Part shown: positions 33,375 to 36,680 of the stretch, in pieces
Layout: each line of letters starts with the position of its first letter
Position numbering within the stretch: the first letter of the stretch is position 1
Origin: a virus
Lineage: Duplodnaviria > Caudoviricetes
Length of the DNA: 36,680 bases
IMG/VR virus record: IMGVR_UViG_3300012981_000015
Direction: 5' to 3' (one strand)
Program-made: the position numbers and the translations under genes
Notes under the pieces: generated by a model
What the model was told of the DNA's origin: nothing
The model's database searches: none
The model's input: the letters and a program-made list of their open reading frames with translations, nothing else

Positions 33375-35486
33375 TCAGACGGCAACTCTAAAATCTGTTT
33401 TATTCAGTTCTCCCCATAAGTTGTATTCATCAAGTGCGTTGTTTATCGTGCGCGAACCTTCGGAAGCACGTTTATTGAAGTAGCTTCTAAATCCATCCGT
33501 CCAGTCTTCTGGGTGCTCTGCAAGCCATGTCAGCAGGGTGTAATCTCCCATCGTAGATAGGTTTGGACGGGTAGCTGACTCAGTGATTTGCATTGTTTCT
33601 GCAAGAACTACTGGCATGCTAGGCAAGGTATTGGCTTCGATAAAAGGCAATGCGTCATAAGTCTGGCTAAGCTCTGCCTCAGCCTCTTCAATATGTGCGG
33701 CCGCGCGTTTAATTCTGGCTTTAGCACGTGTTTCGTTGGCTTTGTCCTGGAATGACTGTGGGAAGTAGCTGCGTTTGTTTGCCTCAAAGCCTGCTACGCA
33801 GATTAACCGCCCTTGAAGATCACGTACCCAGACTTGGTGCGGGTCAAGAATGTCATACCCAACCCGTACAGTGTCACCATGATGATCTGCCAATGCGGCA
33901 TCAAAATAGGTATTCCCAAACAATCTGACCTCACCGCGAAGTGCTTTTGCCAGCTTGTACGGCCTGAATAGATCTAGCTGTTCATGCGCTTCAACTTCCG
34001 TTGGCTTCCAACCCTCGCTAACTGCTAATTCCCATGCTTCATTGGGTGTTTGGTGACGTAATTTTCCAGCGGCATCCCTGATTTTTGGCAAGCCGCGATG
34101 CTCACGGTTATTGGCTTTTTCAATCTCTTCACTAATGAAGTTCACAAAGGCATTCCAGGGCATCAGTAATTTTGATACGCCTGCAGTTTTGATGTCAGCA
34201 CGGGTTATTTTGAATGCTTTTTGCTTGGCTTCTCTGTCCATGTCTGCCCCCATATAAGTGGGCAGTGATTTGGCTGCGCGTACCAAAAATGATTTATGCG
34301 AGCGCTCTTCAATACCGCGCGCCTGTGAGTTGTATGGCAAGCTATGTGTGATTTCAATACCCAGCCGCGCCATAAAGCCCGTTGATTCATTGCTCATCGC
34401 GTCATTTTTGAAACCAGAGCCGTTATCAACGTAGAAAATCGCAGGGATGCCATGCTGAATACACGCATGACGCAGCGCATCGAGCACAGACCAGGTTGAT
34501 TCTGCCAAGTCCACGCTCCAACCAACTACACGACGTGTTGCAATATCCAGCACTGTCGTTATTTCAGGACGGAACGGCCTGCCATGCGCAGGATGCGCAA
34601 CTTCAGCATCAAATGTGTGGCCGTCGGCGGTATATACGTCTGCTGGCCACATTTCACCAGTATCACGTCGAACGAATGGCTTGATGTTCTTGATTTCTCT
34701 CTTGCCCATGCGACCTTGCTGAACATCCACCTTGCTCATTTTTTGGATGAAGCGATTTGCAGCCCAATAGGATGGTGGCGTTATATGGCTGGGCAATACA
34801 GAGGGCAGTTGCTCCATAACCCATTTAAGCGCTGGCTTTTGTGGCCGCTGATACAATTCAAGCAGTGCTGGTGCCCAAGCTGGCACTTTTAAATTTTCGC
34901 GTTGCAGTGGTGCCAGCGCTGTAAATCCTTGTTCAGCCTCTTTCATCCAGCGGTAAAGTGATCGTCTGGACAGCGTGCGCTTACCATCTACACCCGATTT
35001 CGCATTGGCGACCGATACCATCGCTTGCAGATGGGCTGGCAACTCGCCATTCGCTGCCAATGCGATCACTGCTTGAATGGCTTTTTCTGTGCCTGCAAGA
35101 ACTGCAAGGCGGCGCACTTCACCAATCAACGCGGCACGGGCTTCGGCACTGCTACGCTGCCAGTCTTTAAGCTCATGCGACCGTATCGCAACAGGCAATA
35201 CAGCAGAAGAAAAAAGCCCAGCAGCAGTCACTTCACTACTGGGCAAAGCCAGCGCGGGGGTAACCGCACTGACGGGGGAGGACTTGATATGCTGGCTAAT
35301 AATGGATGAAAGCAATGCCTTTGGCGGCTGATACTCAGTACGCATACCACCTTTTCCGCCCTTGCCTGGAACTTGGCGTGATGCCCAGCCTTCAGACTTT
35401 ACTCGATCACGTAATCTTTTTTCTGTTGTTGGTAGCCCTGGCAGCTTCATTGCAGCAAGTTCGGCGCAGGAGTAGTGCGTTTTCAT
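33375..35486 (-). CDS. MuA-like DDE transposase
   Basis: N-terminal Mu DNA-binding domain (LPGLP...GKGG..EY); catalytic ADGH, YVDNGSG and QARGIEER; Mu C-terminal domain. Confidence 0.96.
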   Translation of the reverse strand: MKTHYSCAELAAMKLPGLPTTEKRLRDRVKSEGWASRQVPGKGGKGGMRTEYQPPKALLSSIISQHIKSSPVSAVTPALALPSSEVTAAGLFSSAVLPVAIRSHELKDWQRSSAEARAALIGEVRRLAVLAGTEKAIQAVIALAANGELPAHLQAMVSVANAKSGVDGKRTLSRRSLYRWMKEAEQGFTALAPLQRENLKVPAWAPALLELYQRPQKPALKWVMEQLPSVLPSHITPPSYWAANRFIQKMSKVDVQQGRMGKREIKNIKPFVRRDTGEMWPADVYTADGHTFDAEVAHPAHGRPFRPEITTVLDIATRRVVGWSVDLAESTWSVLDALRHACIQHGIPAIFYVDNGSGFKNDAMSNESTGFMARLGIEITHSLPYNSQARGIEERSHKSFLVRAAKSLPTYMGADMDREAKQKAFKITRADIKTAGVSKLLMPWNAFVNFISEEIEKANNREHRGLPKIRDAAGKLRHQTPNEAWELAVSEGWKPTEVEAHEQLDLFRPYKLAKALRGEVRLFGNTYFDAALADHHGDTVRVGYDILDPHQVWVRDLQGRLICVAGFEANKRSYFPQSFQDKANETRAKARIKRAAAHIEEAEAELSQTYDALPFIEANTLPSMPVVLAETMQITESATRPNLSTMGDYTLLTWLAEHPEDWTDGFRSYFNKRASEGSRTINNALDEYNLWGELNKTDFRVAV

Positions 35487-35572
35487 GCTGCACCCCAGTT
35501 ACATTGGCGAGGGTTCATCCCCGTGCTAAAGTCTTGTTTCCACACAAAACCATTTAGCACAAGGGAACCCTC

Positions 35573-35839
35573 ATGACTGAAAATCAACTTAAAGTAATCG
35601 TTGGCCTGATGGCTGGCATGCAAACAGCTACCGTTCATCTTGCAAATGTGCTTTGTCTTCAAACAGGAATTAGCCATGAAGACCTCGCCACATCTTTTGA
35701 AAAAACGAGCGAAAGTATCCCGCAAGATGTTGCCAACCGCGAATTGATCCAGCTATCTTTACGGCAGGTAGCCTCTGGAATTCGCAATTCTGCTGCAGGT
35801 GATGACTGGCAGATGCTTCTGTCGAAGCTGCTGCATTGA
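35573..35839 (+). CDS. Hypothetical protein (88 aa), opposite to the early operon
   Basis: AAGGGA before ATG; helical composition; the only plausible + strand phage ORF. Confidence 0.5.
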   Translation: MTENQLKVIVGLMAGMQTATVHLANVLCLQTGISHEDLATSFEKTSESIPQDVANRELIQLSLRQVASGIRNSAAGDDWQMLLSKLLH

Positions 35840-35902
35840 ATGCATCAAACATTTCTTGCTGCCACTGATTTAACGGGTCGGTGTTGATAATAGATGGCTT
35901 GA

Positions 35903-36334
35903 TCATTCTATTTCTCCCATCACGCGCTTGAGTTCTTTGATCTTTTTGGATGCATCTTCTTTAAGTCGTTCCAGTTTGCCGATTTCAGCATCTAAGGATT
36001 CTTTACCGATCAGTACTCGTGCACCGAGCTTGGCAGCATAAAGATTAAGCATCGCTACGCCACCTGTCGCCAAATCAAATGCAATCGCAATATCAATGGG
36101 AGGAATATGTGTCTCACGTGATTCAGCTGTGTAGGCATCCAGCATATGCTTGCTGATTTCACGGCCAGTCAGTCGGCTGATTTGTGTAGCCACTTCGTAG
36201 CGGTCATGTCTTATCAGAGCATCGCTCATGCAGTGTGCGATCTCAACTCGGCAAGCCAAGCTGCCAGGTACATTGCCGACGGGCGTTGGCACCATAAATA
36301 AATCACCTGTGACGGTATCTTTAACGCGACGCAT
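35903..36334 (-). CDS. Early regulatory-like hypothetical protein (143 aa)
   Basis: AAGGAG ribosome-binding site; ISKHMLDAYTAESR motif and C-terminal coiled coil; between ner and A. Confidence 0.8.
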   Translation of the reverse strand: MRRVKDTVTGDLFMVPTPVGNVPGSLACRVEIAHCMSDALIRHDRYEVATQISRLTGREISKHMLDAYTAESRETHIPPIDIAIAFDLATGGVAMLNLYAAKLGARVLIGKESLDAEIGKLERLKEDASKKIKELKRVMGEIE

Positions 36335-36680
36335 CTGTCGCTCCTTTGTTTACCTGTTTGACATTGCCTATTTCACCGACAGTGCTATTATTCGGCTTAG
36401 TCGTTTTACGTTTGTAACGCCCCAACCCACGTTCGCCACGCCCGCTTTTAGGTGTGCCATCTGGGTGGTAGCGTGTGGGCCATACATCCTGGACAGGCAA
36501 GCCCAGGTGTTCAGCAATCAGTCTCTCGTATTTGGGTGCGGGAATATGCAGCGCGTTACCTAAGGTGCCGCGATGGTATCCAAGCTCAATAGAGAGCTGC
36601 TGTAATGTGGTTCCTGTGCGTCGCACGGCGTATAACACGTCGTGTCTCGTCCAGTCCTTAGGGTCTGGTTTTTTTGGCAT
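36321..36680 (-). CDS. ner: Ner-like transcriptional regulator
   Basis: DW...DV...VRRTGTTLQQLS...TL.NAL...PKYERLIAEHLG...WPTRY; starts at the window edge. Confidence 0.9.
   Translation of the reverse strand: MPKKPDPKDWTRHDVLYAVRRTGTTLQQLSIELGYHRGTLGNALHIPAPKYERLIAEHLGLPVQDVWPTRYHPDGTPKSGRGERGLGRYKRKTTKPNNSTVGEIGNVKQVNKGATDASR

Larger units (their letters stand above)
511..36680 (-). mobile_element. Mu-like transposable prophage carrying a DGR; left end and repressor lie beyond the window
   Basis: Mu-type gene order (ner, A, B, gam, gemA, mor/C, lysis, terminase, portal, F, G, I, head, sheath, tube, tape measure, N, P, baseplate), DDE transposase, no integrase. The boundary at 511 is inferred from the end motif. 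Confidence 0.93.

Noticed and set aside
33346-33791. 15-bp direct repeat GTTTGCCTCAAAGCC (33346-33360 and 33777-33791)
   Set aside because: One 15-mer match is about what chance gives in 37 kb, and it has no functional context.
35483-35725. 80-aa minus-strand ORF upstream of MuA
   Set aside because: Overlaps the better-supported + strand ORF and has no recognisable motif; a shorter coupled peptide cannot be excluded.
3400-36680. Second DGR target elsewhere in the prophage
   Set aside because: No further copy of the TR sequence was noticed by eye; a BLASTN of TR against the whole genome would be needed to exclude remote targets.

Overview
Bases 1-~510 are host DNA: a hypothetical ORF and a tRNA-Lys(TTT) gene with its own sigma70 promoter and terminator. 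From ~511 to the end of the window lies most of a Mu-like (transposable, contractile-tailed) prophage, almost all on the minus strand. In transcription order it carries ner, MuA, MuB, gam, HU, gemA, a Mor/C activator, lysis genes, terminase, portal, MuF, head, tail and baseplate genes. The repressor and left end are outside the window. Where Mu has its invertible G segment, gin and com/mom, this phage has a complete diversity-generating retroelement (DGR): an Mtd-like target gene with a variable repeat (VR), avd, a template repeat (TR) and a reverse transcriptase (RT). TR and VR are 149 bp each; 11 of their 12 mismatches are at TR adenines. Less obvious signals read from the sequence: (1) an integron-type attC site and apparent gene cassette between gpF and gpG, with the gene opposite to attC and no integrase in the window; (2) a MuF protein with a nuclease-like C-terminal extension, faced by a convergent promoter and a ~60-nt structured RNA candidate; (3) three late-promoter motifs with identical spacing that imply leaderless mRNAs; (4) a tail fibre reduced to a 99-aa anchor; (5) a -1 frameshift in the tail chaperone, an internal scaffold start and a frameshifted HU gene. 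All family assignments come from motif recognition and gene order, not database searches.
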